Shown here: positions 60,120 through 62,670 of the stretch, in pieces
How the letters are laid out: the number at the start of each line of letters is the position of its first letter
Numbering within the stretch: the stretch's first letter is position 1
DNA from: Aplysia californica
Lineage: Eukaryota
Assembly (NCBI RefSeq): GCF_000002075.1
Contig: NW_004797286.1
Location: 826,668 to 889,337, forward strand
DNA length: 62,670 bases
Reading direction: 5' to 3'
Translations under genes and position numbers: made by a program
Notes under the pieces: model-generated
Seen by the model: the letters and a program-made list of their open reading frames with translations, nothing else
Databases searched by the model: none
What the model was told of the DNA's origin: nothing

Positions 60120-62670
60120 GGAAAGTAGGGGAAGGTTGCAGATACACTTGAAGCTAACAAAATTTACCTTACTCTTAATTAAAAAACCCATGGGGCACTC
60201 CAGCTATGACTTTTTATCCTCTCTAGGATACTGTAACTGTTCTGTAATTCTGNNNNNNNNNNNNNNNNNNNNNNNNNNNNNNNNNNNNNNNNNNNNNNNN
60301 NNNNNNNNNNNNNNNNNNNNNNNNNNNNNNNNNNNNNNNNNNNNNNNNNNNNNNNNNNNNNNNNNNNNNNNNNNNNNNNNNNNNNNNNNNNNCTCTTTTG
60401 TTTTCTGGGGGCCGCGCCGCCCCCCAAAAGGGCTCTCGNNNNNNNNNNNNNNNNNNNNNNNNNNNNNNNNNNNNNNNNNNNNNNNNNNNNNNNNNNNNNN
60501 NNNNNNNNNNNNNNNNNNNNNNNNNNNNNNNNNNNNNNNNNNNNNNNNNNNNNNNNNNNNNNNNNNNNNNNNNNNNNNNNNNNTTCTTTATTACATTATC
60601 AGGCACGCATGCAGACTGATGTAAAAATGGGAAGCCTTTGTAACGAAGTGCATGGCACATGTAATGCCCTCGGAATGCAAAAATGTTAGGTTAGAAATCC
60701 AATATTAGATTTAGGGCTTATTTGTAGTTCTCTCCTGTGACTCAAAACAACTCTGTTGTTATAACTTTGACAGAGGAACAAAAATTAACTCATTATCGAT
60801 CCGACACATTCAATTTATTCTATTTGATGGATAATGGAGCGAATTTAGCACAGTTCTCTTGAACAAAACATGTCTAGCTGTTCCGTACTTTGATATTATA
60901 AATAAATAAGCCAAAGATTAAAAATAGTGAAATGGAGCTTTACACTACCTACCTTTTAGAACAATTGCGGAAAAGAATGTGAATACTATCTGCACTTGTT
61001 ATAATTTAAACTATTATGCTGCAATTTGGAGAGGGGGGATAAACGCTAATAATTACCATTCACAAATCATTTTCTCCCCCAGTATTTTTTGTTTCTTCAT
61101 CTTTTGATCTGTCTTTGAAGAGTCTCTCTTTTCTTGATGGATTAAAAAAACAAACCCAAAACATGAATTGTTAACTGCGCCGTACTATGATAATTACCCC
61201 CCCCCCCTTCCCCCCTTCAAAAGTTGACTTCTGTAGTTTCCTGTTCTGGAACAACAAACTTACCGCTTCAGGCTCTGTAGCGTCTCGACAGTTGATGTTG
61301 CTCGGCAGAATGGTTTACGTCAAAGTACAGAGATATGGCAATAAAAGTCTTGTTTTAGACGAAGTGAATTGTACAAATGAAATTATATCAGCTCACAGGG
61401 AGAAAATCCTATCTGGGAAAACCAAAAGGCTAAACCACAGGCAATAAAAAGTAACCCGATATCGTGACCATTATTTTGGCGAGAGTATCATCTTCAAAGG
61501 CAAACAGGACACTGCTTATGATAGAGATGAGTCGTGGTAACCACGTGCCAAAGCTGCTCTCAAGTGTACGAATGGGTTCAAATTCCATAGTCTTTGAGAG
61601 CAGATTCAGCATTCTGCCCTCGTTTCAATTTAATCTTGGACCGAAGTGACCGGAAAGTACTCAAGTTATCACAGCCAACTGCATTGCAGCACGACTTTAA
61701 ATTTATTTAATGGATACCGCACTGTGTTTGTATGTCTATAATACATTTGGTCAAAGCCATTTGATCAAATAATGTTCCTCCCCCACCCCGCCCCCATAAA
61801 TTTTTTTAACAGCAACAAAACAACCTTCCAGCACCCCCCCCTAAAATCCACCACCACCACCACTAACAACAATATAACAATTGCGATTCTCCTTATGGGT
61901 GTCTGTATCTCTAATAAGTGAGCTCATGCATGCATCACCAATAATTGGAACTGATAAAATTATCCATTGGTTTACTTGACTTTGTGAGAATAAATTCTAA
62001 AGGAGGCGTGAAAAGGGCACGACACAATGCAAAACAGACAACAGTGTTGTGTCGTTGTATATTATGCCACTAACCTTATAACTTGTTTACTTTAGTCTGT
62101 CCGTGCTAAGAAAAGAGATTGTAGCTCATTAAATTGATTTGCCTATGCGCGCTTAACTTTGCATGATACTCCTTTACACCAGAGACCAAACAAAGATACA
62201 CTGCCCTTTGCATTCACAGGATCGCTTAATTACTGATTTACAGTGCGTTACACCACGTGAGACTTGCAAAATATTAATTCGTCTGTTGGACCATGTATCA
62301 TAAGCGTGAACTATTATTTGATAAATGGATTGAAGGGAGTAATAGGAGTGTGTTGCATAATTATGTCTGCCTGCCCTTTTGTCAGAACACTACGTTAACC
62401 ATAACATATTGGCTCGATTCGCATTCCTTGACTAATGTTACATGTCTCAAGCACTTCGTTACAAAGGCTTCCCATTTTTACATCAGTCTGCAAGCGTGCT
62501 TTTGGTTGATGTAATAAAGAACAAAGGTAAAAATCAACGTGGGCGCACGCGGGGAGGGGGCTTACATGAAACAGGTGTCCTTTTTGGGGGGGAGGGGTGG
62601 TGGTCCTCGAAAAGCTAAAGAGCGTTAGTAGTAAAAAAAAAAAAGAGAGAGAGAGAGACGAGGAGCAAAT

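Noticed and set aside
61430-61612. 60-aa minus-strand ORF MLNLLSKTMEFEP...
   Set aside because: No recognisable domain or splice partner, so it cannot be supported as a gene.

Overview
This is AT-rich, intron-containing animal DNA with five assembly gaps. An invertebrate deuterostome such as an echinoderm is plausible from the SINE and repeat style, but that is inference. Three spliced genes can be rebuilt by hand with GT-AG junctions and consistent phases: PRADC1 (- strand, 5 coding exons, 204 aa), DNA polymerase iota POLI (+ strand, 9 coding exons, 935 aa, head-to-head with PRADC1) and an OLAH-like type II thioesterase (- strand, 7 coding exons, 252 aa, tail-to-tail with POLI). Introns and intergenic DNA are dense in non-autonomous DNA transposons with readable TIRs and TSDs (Tc1/pogo, hAT, Mutator, piggyBac, Kolobok-like, Academ-like), plus RTE LINE fragments, a tRNA-derived SINE and a decayed Tc1/mariner transposase. 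Three observations stand out: (1) a 33-bp palindrome in an exact 8-bp direct repeat, with the geometry of a P-element excision footprint, whose arms recur inside a Mutator-like family; (2) a three-tier Mutator > hAT > same-family Mutator nest with perfect TSDs between the PRADC1 and POLI 5' ends; (3) a Pol iota with two canonical-looking PIP boxes, one at the extreme C-terminus. No CRISPR array or prokaryotic system is present.
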